In this document: positions 51,220 through 61,435 of the stretch, in pieces
Layout of the letters: the number at the start of each line of letters is the position of its first letter
Numbering within the stretch: position 1 is the stretch's first letter
Assembly: GCA_001949185.1 (NCBI GenBank)
Contig: BDGG01000002.1
Location: 558,001 to 622,000 of the forward strand
Direction: 5' to 3'
Length of the DNA stretch: 64,000 nt
From: Ramazzottius varieornatus
Taxonomy: Eukaryota; Animalia; Tardigrada
Made by a program: the position numbers and the translations under genes
Notes under the pieces: generated by a model
The model's input: the letters and a program-made list of their open reading frames with translations, nothing else
What the model was told of the DNA's origin: nothing
The model's database searches: none

Positions 51220-54200
51220 ATGGACAACTTGCCCTACAATGAGAGCACCGCGCTGCCGGTCTTGGTTAACGATGGGAACTCATCAGCAACTCCAACCGGA
51301 GCTGTCCTCCGTATGCTTCTGTACGTTGTTCAATAATCCTCGTTTCGAAAGACTTTTGATATTCAAGTTAGGACGTCGCCAGATGAATCTAACCAGATCG
51401 TTTTCTCAAGTGGCTCACACTCTCAGCCAGTAGCAGCTAAAATGTGCGCCATTTGAAAACAATTGGACGGGACATGATTGTTTTTACCAACTTGCGCACA
51501 CTCCCGGCCACTGACCATGAAAACGTGCGCCACTAGAGACAACGATCTGGGCGACATCCTTTGCCAATGTCTCAAACTAGAGCAGTCGGAAAACAAGATC
51601 AAATCTGGTTTCTGCGGAAAGCTTACTTGTTTTCAAGAAATCGGTATTTCTCTGCCGTAAGCAGTGTTGCCTGACTGACTTCTTTAAATTCCTGTGTTCT
51701 CTTGCATAAAAACATTGGTTTCACTCTGGAAAACGACCTTGCAATCCTACTGCCATTTGACTAGGGTGTATTTCACTCAGGTACGATGAGGTAGAATGCG
51801 AAACGAAGCTATGGTGGGCCTTTCTTCTCTCCGGTGTGCTCTCACCGGTGGCCATTCTTGCCGGTCTGGGAGTGTGGAAGCTCTTTGCGTGGTTCACCCA
51901 CCGACGGAAGAAGCGAACGGGATACCTGGCGGTCAACCGCGTCGACCCCCTGTCCCAGTCGCCCAGCGAGAAGAGCATCGCGTCCCACAATGGTTCGGTC
52001 AACTATGTGCTGAACGGACGAGGTAATACCCCACGGAGAAGCTTGACGGTGGGTACGTTGAATGAAGTACCGGCACGGAACCCTGCTGCCTTCACGCTCC
52101 ATCAAGAGCCGGAAGAATCACACTGGTCGGCCATCATTCAACAGGCGGCCACTGATATCGTCTCTGCACAGAGTCTCACCGGCAGAGTCGCTGTAAGAAA
52201 ATCCTCCGAAAAATTAACTCTTCCATTTTCTGCAAATCTTTCACCTGGAAAAACACCTCCAAGTTCGGTCATACACTGTAGAATTTCTCAGTCGTTCTGG
52301 AGTGATATTTTAAATCTTTTTCAGGTATGTGTGACGTTCATCGTGAGCATGGTCTCATTGGGACTTTACTTTGTGGAAGTCTCCAAGTAAGGAATTCCTG
52401 TTCAAATACGTACTCTCTGTCTTGATGAGATTAACAAGAGTATTATTGTGTCTGTTCATTTTAGTTCGCACATTCCCATGTACGCATACCACGAGAAGTG
52501 CGCCGATTGGAGGTACCGGACCGACTGGCAGTTGGAGCTCGTCTGTAGCGTTTTCCTGCTGATAGACTTCTTCATTCGGGTAAGCCGGGGCTAATTCCGT
52601 CCTCGTAGAATTCTGATGAGGGTCTGACCGTTCAGGTTTTTTATTGTAACTGACAACAGTCAGTGTTGATGTGATTGCTCGTGGTTTGGTCTGACCAGAC
52701 TTTTCCCCTTCCTTCAGTTAAGACAATCGTTTTTTTAACTGGCGCATCCTTCCAGCTAATAACTTCGGAAACGTGCACTACTTGGAATAACTATCTTGTC
52801 CGAGTTTGTTTGCCGAGTTCTCATCTACTGTTTTGTTGCGGGTGTGTTCCAGGCCGAACATCTTATACGACTATTGATGTAAAGACTAGTTTGTTGTTTG
52901 CAGTTCGTTGCCGCCAACAATAAGCTCAAGTTTATGTTCTCTATCTACGCCATTGTGGACTATTTTACGGTGCCACCTGCATTCTTGGTGGCCTTCCTAG
53001 ACCATCACTGGACCGGTACGTTATCAAGAGGGAGTGTTGTGTCAAGACATGCAAGGAATTTATTTCCGCTGAAATTAATTGTATTCTATTCGCTCGACAG
53101 GTTTACGTTTCCTGCGGGCATTGTATATGCTGTCGATTCCTGACATTTTGCAGTTTTCGAATATCTTACGGACCACAAGCAAAATTCGACTGGTGCAGTT
53201 GGTAACGTTACTCAGCTGCGTCATCCTGGTTGGAGCGGGATTCTTCCATCTGGTATCAGTGTTCACTTCGGCGTTGGTAGTGTCAGACACAGACACGTCG
53301 TAAGTCTTTGAGTCAAGTATTGATTTCGTTTTGCAGTTTGAAACGTACGGAGATGCGCATCTGGATCAGAGCAACGCGGTGGAGCGGTCGTACTGGGAGT
53401 ACGTCTACTTCGTTGTGGTTACGGTGTGTGGAGTCGTTTGAACAGACACACAACAAGAAACCCCACGATATAAAGAATCCTGTTCTTTTCTGTTCAGATG
53501 TCAACGTTGGGCTATGGAGATATCTCGCCTGTTACCCGGTTGGGTCGCGCCTTTACCGTGGTCTTTCTTTTCTTTGCCTTCGTAAGTATTTTCCCTCTTT
53601 GGTCCAACACGAGACGTAGTCCGTAACAGTCCGGAAATTAATTCGAGAAATTTAATAATTTGATTGTCTTTATTTTGCAGACTGTTTTCGCCGCATGTGT
53701 ACCAGAAATGTTCCGCCTCTTCCAAAACCGCCAGCGGTACAAGGACGACTACAAGGACTCATACGGCAACCGCCATGTTGTGGTGGCCGGCGACATCTCC
53801 ACTTCCGCGATGGACTGGTTCCTCAACTCCTTCTACAGCGTCGAGCGAGAGAATAATAGAAACCTTCACGTGGTTTTCGTCAACAGGTGCCAGTTACAAA
53901 TCCGCCAAACTTCCCCCCGTCATTCGAAATGAAATATTGAACCTCTACGATTAAGTCGATCAAATTTTTTGCCTAAGAGGCGCACGTTTACAGTCTGAAT
54001 GGCTGAAATCCGGCGCCACTTGGGAAATCAATTTTGTCAGGTTTGATTAGTTCCCTCAAGTGGTGCATGTTTGCCGTGCTGTTGACCGGAACCGTGCGCC
54101 ACTTGAAAAACAAACACTCTTGTTGAATTTGACTGTTTTTCAAGTGGCGTACACGCGTCTGGCCTAAATATGNNNNNNNNNNNNNNNNNNNNNNNNNNNN

Positions 54201-57200
54201 NNNNNNNNNNNNNNNNNNNNNNTTGATTGGTCACCACAGCTGGCCCGTGTCGCTTTCGCTCCGTTTCCCCATATTTCTGTCCATCCCCATATTTAGGCCA
54301 GGCACGTGTACGTCTTCGGTTTGATAGGGCAAAACTTCGCGCCATTATGAAATTCGATTTTGTCAGGCTTAACTGCCGAGCTCCCGAATTATGCATCGCT
54401 TTATGTTTCAGAACTGATCCCGATCTAGAGATGGAAGCTCTGTTGAAGCGCAACATCACTCGAGTGGCATACATCAAAGGTTCGGTCCTGGAAAAGCGCG
54501 ACCTCATTCTAGCCGATGTCAACGGGGCTTCTGCAGTTCTGATCCTCTCGGACAAGAACGCCGTCAACCCTACGTCCGAAGATGCCGGCAGCGTCATGTC
54601 GGTCATTTCCGTCAAGAACCACTCGCCTGCGACGAGGTGTCTAGTACAGCTTCTCCAGAGCCGGAGCGTCGCCCATGTGGCGAACATTCCTGGCTTCAAC
54701 GCCATGGCTGGCGACTCCATCATCTGCTTTAGTACCTTGGAACTGGGTCTTCTGGCTCAAAGCTGTCTCGCACCGGGTTTCTCGACGTTGATATCGAACT
54801 TGATGGGAACTGACTGCACAAGAACTGAACAGGAGGTGCATTTAGAATTAATTTTGTTTCTAATAATCGCAGCAAAGTGACATTCTCAGAAGCTCGCTGC
54901 TTTCTCAAGTGGCGCACGTTGGCAGTATTGTCGGCTGGAATCGTGCGCCACTTGAAAAACCTTCGTGGCGAGTTACAAATGCCGAGTCACACAAAATGCA
55001 GGCTGTCGAAGTAGCAATGCTGTATTTTACGACACGCTTTTTTGTTGTTGCAGAACGAAGTGGTGGCTGACTACATACACGGCACTCAAATGAAGATTTT
55101 GATGGAGCAGTTGAGCGATTACTTTGATGGGATGACGTTCCTCGAGGCAGTGAAGTCCGTGTCCATTAGCAATGTTTTCTCATGTTCTTCTTGCCTCATC
55201 GCCGATTTATGTTGACAGAGCGTGTGCCTTCAAACTCAGCATTCTACTTATCGGCATCCTCCAAGCCGATAACGATCGTCCATCTGGAACAGTACTGCTG
55301 AACCCGCGTGCGACTATCAAAGCGGGACACGTCGGTGTCTTTATCGCCCGATCAACCGAAGAAGTCACTAGGTAAATCGAAGATGTGGTACTCGAGCACA
55401 TGTTATTGACGACACTACAGTAATTGCCTGTTGAATTGGAGAGACGGCACACAGTTCGACATTTCCTAAATGGCGCACGTTATCAGCGTTGGCAGCTGAA
55501 AGGGTGCGCCACTCGATCTTGTCCAGTTTGCTCGTTTCCCACAGTGGCGCACGTTTGCGGTGTTGTCCGGAAGCATGCGTCACTTAATAAAACGTTCTGT
55601 TCGGGTTTGTTTGTCGAGCTTTTAGTTCTACAGTATAACACCAAATATTGAGTGGGGATATTTATCTTTCCAGAGCTTGGTTTGTCTGCCGAAGTTGTCA
55701 CAATGATAGTGCGGTGGACGCAAAGCGGATTCAGTTCTGTGGATGTGATAGACGTAAGGACTATACAGAATATCGTGGATAAAGATTGCATACTGGGAGT
55801 GAAGCAGAAGATTTGCGTGACGCGTCTGAGCTTCTTATTGATAGGCCGTTGCCGGTCGTTGGCTCGCCATATGATCTGAGATACGGTAACCTGCTTTTTT
55901 TTATGCTTTCAGGAAAGGCTCAGCCAGTACAGGTAGCGGCTCGTGATCCCCAGGAGCGATTCCGGACTTTTGCTGCCACCGACACAAGTGGCTTTCGGGA
56001 GAAGACGCTGCCGAAAGGCTGGGAAAAGATGGTCATCCGGCTGATCCAGAAAAATCCATCCGCGTAAGCTGCTTGTTTACATTTTTTCCGCACTCTTTGT
56101 CAATACCCATCAATCGTTAGAATGACGCAGCTGCTCTCGTGCTAGGACATCGCTTCAGAAAGTGGAGTCACAAGGAAGCAAGATGGAGAAGGTTCGAACA
56201 CGGGTCATGGCTTCCATTTCCGAGGATGTGCCAGCAGGCGATGCGGAGGGTGCAAGCTTCACTATGGAACCTGAGGCGGCGCCACTGTCGCCTACGCTGT
56301 CTGACTACTCCGACGACTTCCTGGACATCACTCGGGCATTCTATGCATGCCCGAGCCGTCCCTTCAAGAACATTGTTCTGGTACAACTTGTCTTTTTTCA
56401 CCAGATTATTTTTCATGAGAAACAGGACACATATACGCACGCCTAGGAAGTTTGGGCTAGTAAAAAGTTTAGGCAAGGCGATTCCGAATCAGCGGCACGG
56501 AAGTACGTACGTACGTTGGCGACTTATTGGCTGGGATGCACTTCCCAACCATTTTCTACGGTTGAATTTTGGCTTTACCGTCGTTTCCGTCTGGCCCATA
56601 CTTTTCACGGCCCGAACTTCCTCGGCTTGCGTGTCCCATTGAAAAGATACCGTACAAGAATGCTTCGAATCAGAAGATCGGTCTAACTCTTGACCAACGT
56701 TCAAGGCTTGATGTTACAGTGATGTTATTACGGCAGGCCGACGCGGGTACGAAGGAAAGTTTGTAAATTTGACAAGTTCCTTTTTGCCTGACTTTTCGTG
56801 CCATCGCCAAGATATGGAAGCTCGGCAAACAAACTCGATCAGATCGCTTTCCTAAGCGGCACGCAGTTTCAAGGATATCAGCCGGGAGCGTGCGTCACTT
56901 GGAAAGACGTCCCTGTGACTGTCGAGTTTGTGAGCATTTCCCATAGATCAGCCTAGATTCCTGATTTTCCGGGCTGACGTTTCACACTGTAAAATCTCTT
57001 CTAACTCTTTTCAGAATCGAAGCAAAGCCGCCAAGCAGCTCTTCAACGATCACATTGTCGTACTGGTCCTTGCCGGTGCCACCGACCCACCCGTCGGCTT
57101 CCTCGACTTTGTCCTTCCTCTTCGTTCCAGCAAGATCGAGTACGCCGACCTGAAAGAGATCGTCTTTCTGGGCAACCCACACTTCCTGGAGAAGGAATGG

Positions 57201-58962
57201 TACAAGATCAGCAACCTGCCCAAGTTGACGGTGGTCAAGGGCGATCCACTGGACCGCGCCGACCTACGAGCCGTCTCCATTAAGACATGCGCCATGTGCG
57301 TGGTGCTGCCTTCTCGATCTGGCGGGTCCACTGACCCGATTCTTGATGACAAAGATACCATCTTGGCCACCTTGAACATTATGGCTATGAGCTTTGAGAA
57401 GATCGAGGTGGCAGCGGGGGCGTCGGCGGCGGGCAGAAGCAGGTCCACCTCGACGGTCAACCAGCTCATGTTCAAACGGCTGGCCAGAGAAGGCTTCGAA
57501 GTACCGACCATCAGTCCCCTGTGTAAGTCATCAGAGGATCATGATATAGAGCATGGCCGAATGTGGGAAAGAGAATATAGTGTTTTACTGATAAGTAGGC
57601 CGAGCGTACAGAATATAGGATCATTGAGTTGGGACCTCAGCAGCCGAAAGCGGCAAGATAGTTTTCCTGAGTGACGCACGTTCTCAGGAAATAAAACTGT
57701 AAACGTGCGCCGCTTGGGCTTATAATCGAAACTCGATGAGATAGTTTTTCAAAGTGACGCAAGCTTCCAGCCAGCAAAACTGGAAACGTGCGCAACTTGC
57801 TGCAACAATCCATGGGTGGCGCCGCAATAGAATCTTCAGACGAGCCCCTGACCGTAAGCAGTGACAGCTGAGCAATTAGCCCCCTATGACAGCCGTTGAT
57901 CTGATTACTTTATCGAAATCACAAGACCGCAGTACGCTCGACAACGATTGGCAGCTGAGTGGCCACCTGACGCTGTCACTTCTTACAGCCAGGTGCTGGT
58001 CTGAAAATTCTTTTGCGCAGCCACCTATGCAACGATCCATCGAGTTTCTTTACCGTGCTCCCCGTTAATTTATTTTTCTGTGTTGCACTTTTGAACAGGA
58101 ATCTTGTTTGTCTTCCAGATCAGGATGTGAATGTGCCGCTGCTGGAAGCCTATGAAGCTCAGAAATCCAACTACACGGAAGTCATGCTAATGGAGCCTTA
58201 CGTCTGTGGGTACTGTTTGCCCCTTAGCGCGCTGGATTCCATCTTGATCGCCGTAAGTTTTTTCACCCACCCATCACTTTTTTTCCCCGATGAAGCCCAA
58301 CCATTAAGCGTTACATTTTTCCTCGTAGAATTTCTTCAATCCCTATGCGCTGGAATTGATCAAGGCCTTGTTGTTTGGCGACATGAGCACACTTACGGAG
58401 ACTCTTCTGACGGAAGGCATCGGTCTCGTTAGCGGGGAAATCCCGGCGTCAGAGCCTGGTCGTTCGGCTAATGCTCAACTACGGTTGATTAGCCTACTCG
58501 AGCCTCCTCTTCGTCATCGCTTGTCGGCGGTAGGCTTAATTAATTTCTTGAAACAGCTTTAAGCAGTTTGAAATCTGACAATACTCGACCGTTCTTTAGA
58601 GTGCCGCACTCTTTCTCTGCTCTAGCGTGGAAGCGTGCGCCAATTGGGGAACGATCTTGGCGAGTTTGACTGTTTCCCAAGTGGCGCATGTTTCCTGTGT
58701 TATTGGCTGGAAGCATGGGCTATTCTAAAAAGCGATCTTGTCCAGTTGGTATACCGAGCTTCCATACTGCTTCTAGATATCGACCTACAACACGCTCTTC
58801 AGTGAGGCCTGCGAGCTCGGGATGGTTTGTCTGGGTCTTGCCCGACGTGTTTATCCAAACGCTATGAATTCCTCGAGAGCGACCAAACGTTGTGTAATAA
58901 CGAACCCGCCACCCACTTACGCCTTACGTCACGACGACCTGGTGTACGTTCTGTCTTCCTGA
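51220..58962 (+). CDS. slo: Slo/BK-family large-conductance K+ channel alpha subunit, divergent (S0-S6, RCK1, RCK2)
   Basis: S0 LWWAFLLSG, S4 GLRFLRAL, pore MSTLGYGD, S6 FAACVPE. RCK1: HVVVAGDI, KGSVLEKRDL, LELGLLAQSCLAPGFSTLISNL. RCK2: GDPLDRADLRAVSIKTCAMCVVL, PYVCG. Terminal KRCVITNPP..DDLVYVL-stop at 58962. Many GT-AG introns. Confidence 0.93.
51385..51568. repeat. Palindromic N25 family, 2-unit array (Slo intron 1)
   Basis: Units near 51410 and 51491 with 25-bp spacers. Confidence 0.85.
52720..52824. repeat. Palindromic N25 family element (Slo intron)
   Basis: actggcgcat-N25-gtgcactacttgg...gagtttgtttgccgagttctcat. Confidence 0.8.
53950..54172. repeat. Palindromic N25 family, >=3-unit array cut by an assembly gap (Slo intron)
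   Basis: Units near 53978, 54060 and 54143 (82-83 bp period). Confidence 0.85.
54173..54222. other. Assembly gap (50 N)
   Basis: Run of N. Confidence 0.99.
54890..54988. repeat. Palindromic N25 family element (Slo intron)
   Basis: tcaagtggcgcac-N25-gtgcgccacttga...tgccgag. Confidence 0.85.
55445..55620. repeat. Palindromic N25 family, 2-unit array (Slo intron)
   Basis: Unit at ~55470 (25-bp spacer) and at ~55544 (22-bp spacer, the one exception counted). Confidence 0.85.
56445..56622. repeat. MITE-like inverted repeat (Slo intron)
   Basis: aggaagtttgggctagtaaaaagtttaggc vs gcccatacttttcacggcccgaacttcct. Confidence 0.55.
56814..56944. repeat. Palindromic N25 family, complete single-unit element (Slo intron)
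   Basis: atggaagctcggcaaacaaactcga ... tcgagtttg...ttcccat termini around one 25-bp-spacer unit. Confidence 0.85.
57630..57805. repeat. Palindromic N25 family, 2-unit array (Slo intron)
   Basis: Units near 57671 and 57754. Confidence 0.85.
58575..58765. repeat. Palindromic N25 family, 2-unit array (last Slo intron)
   Basis: Units near 58601 and 58681; ends ccgagcttccat. Confidence 0.85.
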
Positions 58963-61435
58963 CAAACTTTGCTGCTTTCTCTGTTTTTCCGATTTTCGAA
59001 GTGAAGATACCGGTATGGACGAGTTTTTGTTGTTCACAAGTATGACTGAAGTGCCTTGTGTTTTCCATTGTTCTGCTCAACAGATCTCTCTCTCCCTCTC
59101 TCTATAGTCTCAATGATATTATATGACGGTTTTACGGATCACCGGTGTCGAATGCATAAAGTTCTTTCTTCACAAAATGGTCTTCGAAATCATCTCAGTA
59201 AAAAAACGTGGCCTTGTACTTGACCTTCAGGGAGGCAACAAGCAGGAATACCACAAACGTAAACGTTAATAGAAGTATTATACATGCCAACGGGAGTCTC
59301 CTCCATGTGATTCCGCTGCTTCCGATCTGGCGCGTTCGGATCATTTTAAGAAGACAGCCTATGTTATTCACAAATATGGTTAAAGTACCTTGTGTTTTCC
59401 ATTGTTCTGCTCAACATGGTCTCTCTGTGTAGTTTTGTTGATATTATGTTGACGGTTTCCGAGGCATGAACGAATAATTTTGTACACACCTCCAGTCTTC
59501 TTCCGGGCAGCTCTTTGGTCAGAAATGATTAGAGTAGATGTACTGTAGCTCGGCTGTACAAATGGCTTAACCGGCTCATAGTCGACTTGACGTACGACTC
59601 CGTCAGCCGTTTGACATAACGGCTAACTTAGCCGTTTTGTCAAACGGCTAGCCGGTCCCAGCAAATAGCTTTGATTGGTTTCTGACCACCAGATTATATT
59701 ATATACGATATCAACCAACATGACATGATCTTCCGCGATGTAATAATAATGTAATTAAACAGTAAGTTCATGTTTCCGTAAATCCGTGCAGTGAAGTCTT
59801 GAATTTCCGTAGCACTCAAAATCATTATCAAGTAGGAAGACAGATAATTTTGCTTGTACGCTAATCGATCTTTGATGAGATACCGTCGGCTAGACAGAAC
59901 TACAAATTTTTCAAAAAGTGGCCAAAACAGCGGAAAAGTTGCTGGAGCTTGAAAAGTCAACATTCAGTCCAAGTGTTCAGGAAAACGTCTCAGCTTTCCT
60001 CCCACGAAGCTTTGATTTCTTGACGTTTGGTAAGACATTGCTCCAATAAGACAGCCTTTTAGTTTGTAGAAAGAATTCTCTACTTACTCCTGAAAATTGC
60101 GCGTCAGAATCTTCCCCTTTTTTGAGCTATCAATTATGAAAAGTTACTGCGAGGAAGTACATATGTAATTGGCTCAAACGGATCGCATGGCATATTTTCT
60201 GAAAGGGAGAACATCTTTCCAATAGGCCATAAAACTTTTGCGCTGACAAACGCCTTTTGGAAGGACAGCGAGTTTTTTTCTGCGAGTGCAGTTAGGTGGA
60301 AGTTTCGTTCCGAGCACAACTGTACGATCCCTACCTGTACTTGAGGTTGAGTTTTGGACAAAATTTATCTAGAAGGTAGACTTTGGAATGCTTTATCATG
60401 GAAAAATACAGCGGAAAACGAATTTATTGTCTCTTAGGAGCAGGGTCTTTTCCTGCAAACTGTACAAAGTTGGCGTGGCCGCACTATACATGCATGATAC
60501 CAAGATTTCATATACCATACATGACTGCGGTCGAATATACAATGCTTGTTCACCAAATGGATATCGGCGGCCCATTTTCCAGCAGCCAAACGCGTTGCCA
60601 TTGTCTGGCGCGTTGAACCGCTGTCTTGAATGTCCAAAGTTCAGCGCTGCGCGCTCGGCTGTCCAGTGCAGTGTTGTTCCAATCATTACAATCGATAATC
60701 GAAAATGGTCAAAAACGAGAAATTAGCTGCCAATGAGTCGAAGGTGAGCGCTAAACGGTCGAGCTGTCGTGCCATTAATCACCTGATTGTGTTCGAATGA
60801 TTGACTGCTGATCGCTGATTAGCCCGACTGTTGCGTTCTCGCTACCCGGGACTGATCCACGCGTACGACTAGTGCAGGCTCTTACATACCGGGTATCAGA
60901 GATCCTATCAGTTGATTTTGCCCGACAGCGGGATGATCAATAGCGAATCTCGGCTTTGAAAAACGACAAGTTTGTCGCTTTAAGTGATCTAAGACCATCG
61001 GCCGTTGAAAAGTCCATAAAAGTTGCACGGAGTACCCCCCATCGGCAGATGGAACATAGCTTAGTGAGTACGAACGATTGCCAGTCAAATTGTTCGGAAC
61101 CTGGGTTTAAAGTTCTGGGACCCCAAGGGAACAATTAAACTGCTGATGCAATCTGGGGTATCAAACATCGAGAAACACGGTGCTCAAGTCCATTTGGCGG
61201 TCTGACCTCTGGTCAAACCTCAAAGTCAGGAAGATCCAGAGGAACAGTCCTGAAGATCCATTCCCGAACAGCACGGTCATGACTTATGAGTCAATGTTCC
61301 GGACAATGAGCCGCCACTACCCAGATATAGTTTGGTATGTTTGGTACCGTGGGATTCACGTATAGGATGGGCGTGGATAAACAGGAACCTTATGTCATGA
61401 TACCGGGACGTGTCTGGACATTTTATTATCGCATA

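Noticed and set aside
56814-56944. Palindrome termini ATGGGAAC/GTTCCCAT resemble X-box half-sites
   Set aside because: The half-sites face outward over 100 bp apart and are less conserved than the inner arms, so there is no support for RFX sites.
2620-58765. CRISPR-like or bacterial REP/BIME interpretation of the constant-length spacers
   Set aside because: Context is eukaryotic introns with no cas genes, arrays have only 1-3 units, and the spacers share a degenerate palindromic consensus rather than being unrelated acquired sequences.
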